A stretch of DNA of 64,000 nt, taken from an uncultured Planctomycetia bacterium (GTDB lineage Bacteria; Planctomycetota; UBA8108; UBA1146). Shown here piece after piece: positions 28,956 to 38,464 of this stretch. Made by a program: the position numbers and the translations under genes. Location: positions 11,238 through 75,237 of the forward strand of contig CAZSDP010000022.1 in assembly GCA_964605665.1 (NCBI GenBank). Direction: 5' to 3'. Within the stretch, counting starts at the first letter, position 1; the number at the start of each line of letters is the position of its first letter. The notes beneath the pieces were generated by a model. That model had not been told where the DNA came from, did not search any database, and saw nothing but the letters and a program-made list of their open reading frames with translations.

Positions 28956-30272
28956 CTATGGGCAATTGTATGATTGGCAGTCGAGGGAATCGGTGTCGGT
29001 CGGATCGCTTCCGCAGCTGCCGATCGGCGGCGGTGGAGGAGCTGCACCCGAGAAGGTGACTCCCAAGGAGTAGATTGCGTCGGAGATGTCGATGTTGCCA
29101 TCGTCATTGACGTCCGCCGCGTCAAGGCAGTTCAAAGGCATAGAGCTGAAGAGGAAGCCGAGCAGCGCGATTGCGTCGGAGATGTCGGTCATACCGTCGG
29201 TGTTGGCGTCACCACGGATGAACTGCTCCGGCAGGCACTCTTGAGTGCAGCTCAATTCGGCGAGCGCATTTCCGCAGGCGTCGTAAGCGATCACCGCGAG
29301 GGTGGTCGGCGCGCCGAGGGAGAGAGTGGCGGTCGCGGAGGTGGCGGATCCGGCCAGGGTCTGGGCGAGCGCGCCGTCGATCAGAAGCTCGATGCTGGTG
29401 TAATCGAGCTCGCCGTTGGTCCAGCTCAGGCTCGCTTCGCAAGTTGTGTGATCGGTGCTGCAGAGCAGGTCGCTCGGAGCTTGGCCCACCGCGGGCACGG
29501 TGCACTCGGCGTTGCAGCAGGTCGGAGCGGAAGCGGCGGTTCCCACGATCCCGGTGACACAGTATTGGGCGTTGGCGCCCAGAGCGACGTCGTGAGAGGT
29601 CGCAGTGCCGGGCAAGGTGGCGATCACCATACCGTTTTGGCTGATCTCGATGCTGTCGTAGCTATGTCCATTGGTCCAGTTCATCTGACCGCTGCAGAGG
29701 CAAGCGTCGGTGGTCGCGCAGGTCAGGGAGCTCACCGCCGGGGTCTCGATGGCGACGGAGCCGGAATTGGTGGTCGGGACGAAAGAGACGCCATCCACCG
29801 TGACCACGATCGCAACCGGGGGAATGTTGAGACCTCCGGTGAAGTTCAGAGCGCTGGTCGTTCCCGGAGTGGCCGCTGCGCTGATGTCGTAGGTGATGCT
29901 TCCGATTTCTCGGTCAACGCCGGCGGGGATCGACTGAATCGGCGAACCGAGGCTCACCACGGCGCCCATCACGACTCCCGGACCGCCACTGGTCGGCATC
30001 GTGTCGGAGAAGAAGTAGTCGGCGCCGGTTCCGTTATTGGCGGAAGCGAGCGTCGCTCCTTGTTCGGCAAGAGTCGCGGTGAGAACCGCGCCGTCATGGG
30101 CGAGTCCAAATTGGAATCCTTGCATGTCGCTCGTGCCATCGAGAGTGACGGAAACCGTAACACTCGAACCGGGCAGACCGGCTGCGTTTCCTGCATTGAG
30201 GCTGTAACTTTGCGCGGTGGCGACGCCGGTGCAGAGCATCAGCGCAGCGAGGCAAATCAGAGAACGCTTCAT
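28956..30272 (-). CDS. Secreted cohesin-domain / dockerin-repeat protein with Cys-rich middle repeats
   Basis: Signal peptide MKRSLICLAALMLCTGVATAQ. Cohesin-like segment. Dockerin repeats GDANTDGMTDISDAIALL and DVNDDGNIDISDAIYSL. Confidence 0.7.
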   Translation of the reverse strand: MKRSLICLAALMLCTGVATAQSYSLNAGNAAGLPGSSVTVSVTLDGTSDMQGFQFGLAHDGAVLTATLAEQGATLASANNGTGADYFFSDTMPTSGGPGVVMGAVVSLGSPIQSIPAGVDREIGSITYDISAAATPGTTSALNFTGGLNIPPVAIVVTVDGVSFVPTTNSGSVAIETPAVSSLTCATTDACLCSGQMNWTNGHSYDSIEISQNGMVIATLPGTATSHDVALGANAQYCVTGIVGTAASAPTCCNAECTVPAVGQAPSDLLCSTDHTTCEASLSWTNGELDYTSIELLIDGALAQTLAGSATSATATLSLGAPTTLAVIAYDACGNALAELSCTQECLPEQFIRGDANTDGMTDISDAIALLGFLFSSMPLNCLDAADVNDDGNIDISDAIYSLGVTFSGAAPPPPPIGSCGSDPTDTDSLDCQSYNCP

Positions 30273-30719
30273 GTTCCCGTTTCCTTCCTGGGATTGAATC
30301 GTGAAACCCCAATCAAGACCCTTCGAATGAAGGGTCTCCGGACCGATGGGGAGACTAACAAGTCTTGATGGATTTAATACAAGCCCCCTAGGCACCCTCC
30401 GCCAGGGGACGTATTGTCCAGATTTATGTTAATTGTATCGGCAGTTGAAAATGCGTCCACCCGGCGCTGCAAAACTCCGTGATTTCCCTCGGTAGAGACT
30501 CTTCCTAAGTCCGATCGAGCAGAATTAACTGCTCCATATTTCAAGAGTTGGGGAAATCGGGGTGGCAACTGCCGTTGTGTCTCTTCTCCAAGGGTGATAT
30601 TCGTGGCACTGGCCGAGAAGAGCGTCAGGGCGCGACCGATGGAGGTCCTCGGCCACGTTCTTGGCCTTTACAACGGTGGAGTTCTGCCCCCTTCCGGGGG
30701 GGAAGGAGCGAGGTTTCTC

Positions 30720-31712
30720 ATGGTGATCGATCGAGATCGAAGCGGTACCGACGCCGCGACCCCCCGCGTCCCCTTTGAACGCGCGGTTGGGGGGGCTCTG
30801 CGCCGCTCCCCCCTCGAGATCGTTCAGATCAACCTGGGAAAGCTCTGCAATCAGACCTGCGTCCACTGCCATGTGAATGCCGGTCCCAACCGGACCGAGC
30901 AGATGAGCGCGGAAACGGCGGAGATGGCGGTGGAGCTCTTCAACCGCTTTCCCGCGGTTCACACCGTCGATCTCACCGGGGGAGCTCCCGAGATGAGCCC
31001 CCACTTTCGTCGCTTGGTGACGGAAGCGCGCTCACGCGGCCTCACCGTGATCGATCGCTGCAATCTGACGATTCTCGAGGAGCCTGGATATGAAGATCTC
31101 GCCGATTTCCTCGCGGAATCGTCGGTTCACGTGGTGGCGAGCCTTCCCTGCTATCTCGAAGAGAATGTCGATGCCCAGCGAGGGGATCAGGTTTTTACGC
31201 GCAGCATCGCCGCGCTGAAAAGACTCAACGGCCTCGGTTATGGCGGTGGGGAGGGGCTCGAGCTCTCCCTCGTCTTCAATCCGGTCGGGGCGGTGTTGCC
31301 CCCCGACCAGGCTCAATTGGAGCGCGATTACAAAGACCAGCTTCGCGATCGATACGGCATCGAGTTTGACCGTTTGTATACGATTACAAATATGGTGATC
31401 TCTCGCTTTGAGAGCTTCTTGAAAAGGACCGGGGAGTTGGAGGAGTATCAACGGCTCCTAGAGAGTTCCTTCAATCCCGCCACCCTTCCTCAGCTGATGT
31501 GCCGAAACACCCTGAGCGTCTCGTGGGATGGCTATCTGTATGACTGCGATTTCAACCAGATGCTCGATCTTCGGCTGAAGAACGGAGCTCCTCTGCGGGT
31601 CGATTCGATCACCCCGGAACTCTTCGAGACCCTTCCCATCATCACTGCGCAGCATTGCTACGGCTGCACCGCGGGCGCGGGGAGCTCCTGCCAAGGCGCA
31701 CTGGAGGAGTGA
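30720..31712 (+). CDS. Radical SAM/Cys-rich domain protein (arsenosugar ArsS-like family)
   Basis: CNQTCVHC radical-SAM motif. C-terminal WDGYLYDCDFNQML...CYGCTAGAGSSC is characteristic of the family. Start uncertain (track starts at 30594). Confidence 0.7.
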   Translation: MVIDRDRSGTDAATPRVPFERAVGGALRRSPLEIVQINLGKLCNQTCVHCHVNAGPNRTEQMSAETAEMAVELFNRFPAVHTVDLTGGAPEMSPHFRRLVTEARSRGLTVIDRCNLTILEEPGYEDLADFLAESSVHVVASLPCYLEENVDAQRGDQVFTRSIAALKRLNGLGYGGGEGLELSLVFNPVGAVLPPDQAQLERDYKDQLRDRYGIEFDRLYTITNMVISRFESFLKRTGELEEYQRLLESSFNPATLPQLMCRNTLSVSWDGYLYDCDFNQMLDLRLKNGAPLRVDSITPELFETLPIITAQHCYGCTAGAGSSCQGALEE

Positions 31713-31715
31713 TTT

Positions 31716-31779
31716 CACCGTGAAGTGATTACACCGAGGAGTGGAATCACCGAGGAGTGGAATCACCGGAGGCGTGAAC
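31716..31779. repeat. Four tandem 16-nt direct repeats (CACCGAGGAGTGGAAT x2 perfect, plus two degenerate) immediately after the ArsS-like stop codon
   Basis: Read directly from the sequence. Confidence 0.35.
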
Positions 31780-31888
31780 TCACCAGCGCCCGCAGTGCCG
31801 GCGATCGAATCGCCCCACGCCGAAGCGTTGGGGAGATCGTCGGTCGGACCGCGGTCATTTTCACCGTCGCCGGTCGGGTCGTCGCCGA

Positions 31889-32587
31889 TTAGGGGATGCG
31901 CAATCTCACCCCGACCGAGAGTTGCTGCGGGCTGGCGACGCGATCGAGGTTCGCTTCGATGATCTCCGGCCACCGCGATCCGGTTCCGTAGTATTGGCGA
32001 GAGATCGCAAAGAGTGTTTCCCCCGCTTGTACTTGGTGCTCGAAAGCATCTGAGCCTCGTTCACCGGTGGTGACTACCCGGTGGTCGGTGTTGGTCACGA
32101 GGGTGGGATCGCTTCGACCCGGTTCGGTCAAGCTCGCCTCTCCGGTCCATCCCCAAGCGGGAGCATCCGCGGGAGGGAGCTGAAGCATCGAGTTTGGTTG
32201 CTCGCTGGCGGCAGTCTCCACTTCCTCTTCCTCCACCGATCCTCCGAGGGCGATCGGGACGAGAAAGAGGGGAGTCAGCGTGCGCTCTTCACCTCGCTCC
32301 GAATAGTGATAGAGGGGGAAGACCCAATGGGAGACTTCGGTGGTGCTATCGTCGTCGCGATCGCGATGGGTGGCTCCACCGATACAGCCGGGGAGGAGAA
32401 GGATGGTCGACAAGAGCAGGCTCAAAATGGCAAAGGGGGAAGGTGAGCAGACACGACACGGCTCGGTGACCCGTTGACCGACCGTGGTCGAGGTCGAGTG
32501 AGGCATTTCGATCGTCCTTTGAACTCTCTCTCGCAGCGTACGCGGCATCCTATCCGGGTACCGCTCGAGAGGTCGAGCCAATTCCAA
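31889..32587 (-). CDS. LysM-domain lipoprotein
   Basis: Lipobox LLLPGC. C-terminal LysM HQVQAGETLFAISRQYYGTGSRWPEIIEANLDRVASPQQLSVGVRLRIP. Start uncertain. Confidence 0.6.
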   Translation of the reverse strand: MELARPLERYPDRMPRTLRERVQRTIEMPHSTSTTVGQRVTEPCRVCSPSPFAILSLLLSTILLLPGCIGGATHRDRDDDSTTEVSHWVFPLYHYSERGEERTLTPLFLVPIALGGSVEEEEVETAASEQPNSMLQLPPADAPAWGWTGEASLTEPGRSDPTLVTNTDHRVVTTGERGSDAFEHQVQAGETLFAISRQYYGTGSRWPEIIEANLDRVASPQQLSVGVRLRIP

Positions 32588-33964
32588 CTATCGAGAGGGA
32601 GAAGGAACCGTCGCGATGATCCAGAAGGGGATCAAGAGTGAGATGGCTCCACTCCAGTAGGGGATCGCCGGTCCATACTGCCAATAGAGAATCGCCGCCG
32701 CGAAGGGACCGATCGCTCGTGCAAGAGCCCCCAGGCCTCGGAAAATTCCCAGTGCTTCCCCCTGAGAAGACTCTGAGGCGTGAAGAGAAACGAGTGCGGA
32801 GAGCGATGGGAAGCAGAGTCCACTCCCTCCCGCAAGTGCGGTCAGCGAGAGCCAGAAGATCAGGCGCGACTGTTCGGCAGCGATCCCGACGAGACCGAGG
32901 GCGACCAAGGCGAGACCGACCAGAGCAAGTCGCTTTTCGCCATAACGAGGGGCGAGGCGCCGGACCAGTCCCCCCTGCACGATGGCGAGGACCAGTCCGA
33001 TGTGGACAAACATTCCGGCGATCTGGGGAGGGTTCCACTGGAAGCGGTCGCGGACGAGAAAACTGAGTGTGAATTCGATGCCGCTGAAGGCGAGGAGCAG
33101 CATGAAATTGCCGAGATTGGTGCGCAGGACCGCTTTCCCGAACTGGCCTCCAAATCCGATCCTGGGCAGGGCAGAGCGAGGAGGCTTCGCTGCCCGTCGC
33201 TCAGGTGGATAGGTCTCGCTAAAGCGCTTTCTGATCCAAATCCAATTCAAGAAGGAGAGGAGCCCCGCTCCGAGCGCACAGGCGCTGAAGGGGTGCATCC
33301 CCCAGGCGGCGAGACTCGGGTAGAGCTCCGTGAGATCGATCAGAGAGAGGCCACCACCGATGGCGGGCCCGAGGATGAATCCGAGTCCGAATGCGGCTCC
33401 GATGATGCCCATCCCCTTCGCTCGTTCCGCCCGTGAAGTGACGTCGGAAACCGCGGCGGTCGCCGTGGCGATGTTCCCCGCCATCATGCCGGCGATGAAG
33501 CGGGAGATGACCAAGAGGGTGAAACTCGCGCTGAAGGCCCAGAGAAGGTAGGAAAATCCGATCCCCGCCACGGTGATGGAGAGAATCGGCTTACGGCCGA
33601 CGCGGTCGGACCACCGTCCCCAGATGGGGCTCGCCAAGAATTGCAGCAGAGAATAGAGCGACCCGAGAACCCCACCGAAGAGCGCTTGAACCCGCGGATC
33701 ACTCGCATCTTCGATCGAGAACGTCTGTCGAAGGAAGTTGAGGAGCGCCTGCATTCCAGGGTCGTCTTGGTACTCGGTGAGGATCGCCGGGAAGAGGGGA
33801 AAGATGATCGAGAAGCCGACCAGGTCGAGGAAGAGGGTGAGAAAGATGACGCCGAGCGGAGTGGAGCGCGGCTGCGGATCCGATTCGGGCGGGAGCCCAG
33901 ACTGCGAAGACTCCGACGAGGCGGAATCTGGCCGTGGTTCAGATCGTTCCGATCGATCCTTCAT
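32588..33964 (-). CDS. MFS transporter
   Basis: 12-TM profile. MFS motifs (GRWSDRVGRKP). Confidence 0.85.
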   Translation of the reverse strand: MKDRSERSEPRPDSASSESSQSGLPPESDPQPRSTPLGVIFLTLFLDLVGFSIIFPLFPAILTEYQDDPGMQALLNFLRQTFSIEDASDPRVQALFGGVLGSLYSLLQFLASPIWGRWSDRVGRKPILSITVAGIGFSYLLWAFSASFTLLVISRFIAGMMAGNIATATAAVSDVTSRAERAKGMGIIGAAFGLGFILGPAIGGGLSLIDLTELYPSLAAWGMHPFSACALGAGLLSFLNWIWIRKRFSETYPPERRAAKPPRSALPRIGFGGQFGKAVLRTNLGNFMLLLAFSGIEFTLSFLVRDRFQWNPPQIAGMFVHIGLVLAIVQGGLVRRLAPRYGEKRLALVGLALVALGLVGIAAEQSRLIFWLSLTALAGGSGLCFPSLSALVSLHASESSQGEALGIFRGLGALARAIGPFAAAILYWQYGPAIPYWSGAISLLIPFWIIATVPSPSR

Positions 33965-34116
33965 CCCGCCCGACTTTCTTTTGGTCTGATCGTGAGATCA
34001 GGACTTGTGGTCTGCGGGGTTGCCCAAGAGCTTTGGAGCACCCCTCGAGGAGAGCAACGGATCAGCTCTCCGACCCGCCGATTCCAATCCGATGTGGCTT
34101 CGACGGAAGCGGCGGA

Positions 34117-34596
34117 TTATTCCCCGCGGATGATCTCCGTATTGGAACCGTTTTTCTGGGCGCGGACGAGCAACTGGGAGTCGGCGTCATAGGCGGACAC
34201 CATCTGGTCTCCACGTTCGAGGAGGAAGGTGTGCTCCGATCGATCGGGGGCGACGACCGTAACCTCGAGTCGATCCCCATCGACCGGGGTGATCGTGGTC
34301 ACGCTGCCGTCCTCGCCGGTGATGGTGCGCGACGTCATCATCGGATTCTCTCCGGTCCAGAATTCGACTGAGTTGAGAATCAAGATGTCGAGGGCGTAGG
34401 CGACGCCGTAGACCGGGATGATATTCAGAACGATAAAGAGCAACTCCTGGAACCACTGGGAGTCGCTGGCGTCCTCATTGAACTCTTTCACCTTGTGCCA
34501 GGCGGCAAATGAGCCGATGCACCCCGTCAAGGCGAGCGGAGCGAAACCCAAAATCAAGAGAAGGCAGAGTGCGCGTGAGGTCCTCGCTTTGAACAT
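34117..34596 (-). CDS. DUF3332-like lipoprotein
   Basis: MFKARTSRALCLLLILGFAPLALTGC (lipobox). ...IIPVYGVAYALDILILNSVEFW is DUF3332-like. Start at the internal ATG. Confidence 0.55.
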   Translation of the reverse strand: MFKARTSRALCLLLILGFAPLALTGCIGSFAAWHKVKEFNEDASDSQWFQELLFIVLNIIPVYGVAYALDILILNSVEFWTGENPMMTSRTITGEDGSVTTITPVDGDRLEVTVVAPDRSEHTFLLERGDQMVSAYDADSQLLVRAQKNGSNTEIIRGE

Positions 34597-34800
34597 GACG
34601 ACTCCATTTCCGGGGGGTAGGCAGCTTTCGATCACCAGGGTCAGGGGCGGAATCATAGCCGGGTAGAATCGACAAAATCGAGTTAGAATTGACGGATGAG
34701 TCCCGGAGAATTGGCGATCGGATTCAGAGGTCGACTCTGGGAGGCGGAAGTGTGGTACGATCTCCGCGGATAGCAGAGAGCAGGGGCGACCATTCCTTCG

Positions 34801-35856
34801 TTGACCGGATCCCCTGCGATGCTGCGGAAGCGAGGAGGTCCATTGAGACTCACCGCCCCCCGCCTGGTCGGATACACACCTCAGTGGCGAGACAGCACCG
34901 TCTCGTTGTGGAATCGTGTGTTCCAAAATCTCCCGAACTTCGTGCCGATGTCGCCCTCTCTATGGCGCCGTCGGATTGAGGAATTCTCCCTCGCCGAGGG
35001 GCAAGGAAACCTCTCCGGAGCAGGACCCTCCCAATTCGATCCTCGACATTTCCGGCTGGCGATCCTCGATGATGAGGTGGTCGGATTTGCCCATGGCAGC
35101 TTATGGGAGGACGAATTCCTCGCCCGACTCCTCCCCGATGACGAGCCTGCCCGCGTCGGAACCTTGCTGATTATCGCGGTCGATCCGGCGCATCGGGGGC
35201 GAGGGCTGGGGAGCGATCTCCTGCGGAATCTCGAGGAGACACTCGAAAAGACTCACCAAGTGAAGCCTCCTCTGCGAGTCGATGGCCGCGGTTACAACCC
35301 CTTCTATGGGAACTTTGTCGCCCCGATCTCACCTCCGTGGGGGACCGCCGAGGGGATCGCACTGCTCGCATCCGACGACGACTCCCGCGCCTTCTTCCGC
35401 CGACGTGGATTTCGAGAAGAGGTCGAGGCGTGCCGGCGGATTCGCAACCTTCGCGGAGTAGACCGCTTCCAGGGGGCGATTCCGGAGGGGGTGGTGATCG
35501 AAGAGGTGGAGAATTGGCAACCGATCCTCGGTTCTGACGACGGGACGCCGTTCCCGCTGGAGAACGAGTCTCGGACGTGGATTCTCCGCACCGGGGATAT
35601 CCAGATCGGGGCTCTGGTCGCCTTTCCGATGGACTTCGACCGAACCCACTACGCGATCTATTCCTTCGAAATCGAGCTCGAACGCCGGGGGAAAGGGTTG
35701 GGACGGCTCTTACTGGAGTACGCTCTGGCCGCCCTCGCTCACCGCGGGGCGAGTGAGGTCGAGGTGCTGGCTCTTCCCGAGGAGAGTCCGGAGGCGGATC
35801 ACCTCTACGAAAGCTTCGAGTTTGCCGCACAAGATCGCTGGATCGTCCTCGCTTGA
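34801..35856 (+). CDS. Tandem-GNAT N-acetyltransferase
   Basis: Two acetyl-CoA-binding motifs (HRGRGLGSDLL and RRGKGLGRLLL). Confidence 0.7.
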   Translation: MTGSPAMLRKRGGPLRLTAPRLVGYTPQWRDSTVSLWNRVFQNLPNFVPMSPSLWRRRIEEFSLAEGQGNLSGAGPSQFDPRHFRLAILDDEVVGFAHGSLWEDEFLARLLPDDEPARVGTLLIIAVDPAHRGRGLGSDLLRNLEETLEKTHQVKPPLRVDGRGYNPFYGNFVAPISPPWGTAEGIALLASDDDSRAFFRRRGFREEVEACRRIRNLRGVDRFQGAIPEGVVIEEVENWQPILGSDDGTPFPLENESRTWILRTGDIQIGALVAFPMDFDRTHYAIYSFEIELERRGKGLGRLLLEYALAALAHRGASEVEVLALPEESPEADHLYESFEFAAQDRWIVLA

Positions 35857-36027
35857 TCGAGTTTCACCCCCAATTTTTTCTCTTTGAGCCCTCCGATCGG
35901 CGCGTCGTCCCCCTCAAGTGGTGGAATCCCGAGCCGGTTCTTCTATCCTCAGGCCCGCAGGGCTGGCGAATGAGTCGACTTCGGTGGGGGTGAAGCCCCT
36001 CGAGGGGAAGAGACGCGAGGGAGAATC

Positions 36028-37128
36028 GTGGCGAAGATGACCAGAGGAGAGACCGGCGGTGGCGGGAAGAACGCGGCACCACTGCGACACTCCGATCCCC
36101 AATCGTTCGATGCCCAAGAGCAGGAGCGTGACGCTTCGATCCGCCCGAGGAGTTTGCAGGAGTTCATCGGCCAACACTCGGTGACGGAGAACCTGCGCGT
36201 CTACATCGAAGCTGCGCGAGGGCGCGGAGAGTCCCTCGACCACCTACTTCTCTCGGGGATGCCTGGTCTCGGGAAAACGACCCTCGCCCATCTTATCTCG
36301 CTGGAACTGGGGACCGGGTTTCGCGCGACGAGTGGGCCCGTGCTCGAAAAAGCGAAAGATCTGGTTGGGATCCTCACCGAGCTCGAAGAGGGAGATGTCC
36401 TCTTTATCGATGAAGTCCATCGGTTGAGCCGCGTCGTCGAGGAGTATCTCTACTCCGCGATGGAAGACTTTCAGATCGACATCCTCATCGACCAAGGACC
36501 GAACGCGCGATCGGTGAAGATCGAGTTACCGCGATTCACGCTGGTGGCGGCGACGACTCGCGAAGGAAACCTCACCGCCCCCTTCCGAGCTCGCTTCGGT
36601 ATTCAGGAGAAATTGGAGCCGTACGACGACGAAGAGATGCTGCAGATCCTTCAGCGGAGCGCGCGGATCTTCGGGATCACCCTCGACGAAGAGGGGGGGC
36701 GGGTGCTGGCCGGTCGCTGTCGCGGGACGCCACGGATCGCCAATCGATATCTTCGTCGCGTTCGTGACTTCGCAGAGGTCTACGGCGAATCGAAGGTCGA
36801 TGCGAGTGGGGCTGAAAAGGCGCTCTCCCGGCTGGGGGTCGACCCGCTCGGACTCGACACCCTCGATCGCAAGATTCTGGAGGTGGTGGGCCGCCATCGC
36901 GGAGAGCCGGTCGGGGTGAAGACGATCTCCGTTTCGGTGGGGGAAGAAGAGCGCACCATCGAGGATGTCTATGAGCCCTATCTGATCCGACGTGGATTTC
37001 TGGCGAAGACTCCCCGAGGGCGCGTCCTCGGGCCGAGGGCCGATCAGGTCCCCGGTCTGGAGCTTCCCGCAACTTCCTCCGGTCAGGTGGAGGATCCGGG
37101 GCTCTTCGATGGGGAGGACCGACGATGA
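36028..37128 (+). CDS. ruvB: Holliday junction DNA helicase RuvB
   Basis: GMPGLGKTTLA Walker A, DEVHRL, TTREGNLTAPFRARFG, RGTPRIANRYLRRVRDFAEV. Near-collinear with E. coli RuvB. Confidence 0.92.
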   Translation: MAKMTRGETGGGGKNAAPLRHSDPQSFDAQEQERDASIRPRSLQEFIGQHSVTENLRVYIEAARGRGESLDHLLLSGMPGLGKTTLAHLISLELGTGFRATSGPVLEKAKDLVGILTELEEGDVLFIDEVHRLSRVVEEYLYSAMEDFQIDILIDQGPNARSVKIELPRFTLVAATTREGNLTAPFRARFGIQEKLEPYDDEEMLQILQRSARIFGITLDEEGGRVLAGRCRGTPRIANRYLRRVRDFAEVYGESKVDASGAEKALSRLGVDPLGLDTLDRKILEVVGRHRGEPVGVKTISVSVGEEERTIEDVYEPYLIRRGFLAKTPRGRVLGPRADQVPGLELPATSSGQVEDPGLFDGEDRR

Positions 37129-38396
37129 TCCGATGCTTCGGGAGAGAGGGTGTTTCCCGCGTACGGTCGATGGTGGGCGATCGCTCGCCGCGTCTTCCGA
37201 TCGGATTGATCTGTGCGTCGCTCCTTCTCTTGGCTCCGATCGATGCCCTTCTCGCGAATTCCGATGGACCGGTGATCGGGGTGCAGATCCACAGAGGGAC
37301 CGGCGAATTCCCGATTGTGGCCGGGCCCGGTGGAATGCAGGTGGAGTGGCCAGGCAACCGCAAGGACTTCTCGGCCGGGACCTACTCCCTGCGCCTCACT
37401 CAAGAGGGAGCGATCCTCGGCGATCTCGATTTTGGGCGTGAGATCCCCTTTCGTTTTCGAGGCGCGAAGAGTTCGCTCAATTTCGGCGACAAGTTCTATG
37501 AGGGGTGGTTGGAAGTCGACCTTCCGAAGGCGGGAGCACCGTGGAAGCTCGTGAATCGATTGCCGATAGAAAAGTACCTCCTCGGAGTTCTGCCGGGAGA
37601 GATGCCGGTTGCCGATTATCCTGCGGCGGCATTGGCGGCCCAAGCGATCGCGGCGAGAAGCTACGCGCTCTTTCAGATCATGGTTCGTCCTCCCGAAGCA
37701 CGGATTCACCTCTTCAGTGACACCCGCTCACAGATGTACATCGGAGGTGGGCTACCGCACCCTCGGGCGAGAGAGGCGGTCGACTCAACTCGTGGGTTGG
37801 TGTTGACCCACGAAGGCCGGATCTTTGAGTGCTTCTACCACTCCACTTGTGGGGGAGGGACCCGCTCCGCCGCGGACTGCTTCGGAGGAGACTCGATCCC
37901 TGCGATGGTCGCCGTGCAGTGCGGGAGCGCCGGGGGAGGAGACCGATCTTCGGTGGGAGCTTGCAAGAGTAGCAAGTACCACCGTTGGGACCTCACCATC
38001 GGAGAAGATCAACTGCGCCGGGCGCTCGCACCGATCTGCGCTCGCCACCGCATCGATCTCGGGGAGATCCTCGCCCTCGAGCCGGTCGATCCCTCCCTCG
38101 GAGGACACTGCTCTTATGTTCGAGTGCGCCATCAAAATGGCACCTTCGAAGTCGATGCAGATCGTCTCCGTCAACGTTGCCGAGAGGTTTTGAAAGACTC
38201 GAAGAAGCGACTCCGTTCCACCTCATTTGTTGGGGAGCGTCGCGGCCGCGAGTTCGTTTTTTACGGGCGAGGTTGGGGGCACGGCGTGGGCCTTTGCCAG
38301 GTTGGCGCGAAGGGGCACGCCAAGCGCGGCCTCGACTTCCGGCAGATTCTTCAGCACTACTATTCTGGAGTCGAGCTGACTCCGATGTGGAAGTGA
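37125..38396 (+). CDS. SpoIID/LytB domain protein
   Basis: ...AAQAIAARSYAL..., ...CFYHSTCGGGTRSA..., ...GRGWGHGVGLCQVGA.... Start could be the downstream ATG (MVGDRSPRLPIGLICASLLLLA signal peptide). Confidence 0.8.
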   Translation: MIRCFGREGVSRVRSMVGDRSPRLPIGLICASLLLLAPIDALLANSDGPVIGVQIHRGTGEFPIVAGPGGMQVEWPGNRKDFSAGTYSLRLTQEGAILGDLDFGREIPFRFRGAKSSLNFGDKFYEGWLEVDLPKAGAPWKLVNRLPIEKYLLGVLPGEMPVADYPAAALAAQAIAARSYALFQIMVRPPEARIHLFSDTRSQMYIGGGLPHPRAREAVDSTRGLVLTHEGRIFECFYHSTCGGGTRSAADCFGGDSIPAMVAVQCGSAGGGDRSSVGACKSSKYHRWDLTIGEDQLRRALAPICARHRIDLGEILALEPVDPSLGGHCSYVRVRHQNGTFEVDADRLRQRCREVLKDSKKRLRSTSFVGERRGREFVFYGRGWGHGVGLCQVGAKGHAKRGLDFRQILQHYYSGVELTPMWK

Positions 38397-38464
38397 TCGA
38401 CGTGGCGAGTTCTTTCAATGACCCGGTGGAGAGTTCCGAGGAAGAGTTCCAAGCCCTGCATCCG

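Noticed and set aside
28974-30368. 464-aa ORF on the plus strand
   Set aside because: Antisense to the dockerin/cohesin gene. Gly/Arg-rich junk translation.
31710-31890. Possible UGA read-through at the end of the ArsS-like gene (the family has selenoprotein members)
   Set aside because: The frame stays open about 58 codons after the TGA, but it is made of the 16-nt tandem repeats and lacks protein-like composition. The Cys-rich C-terminal motif is already complete before the stop.
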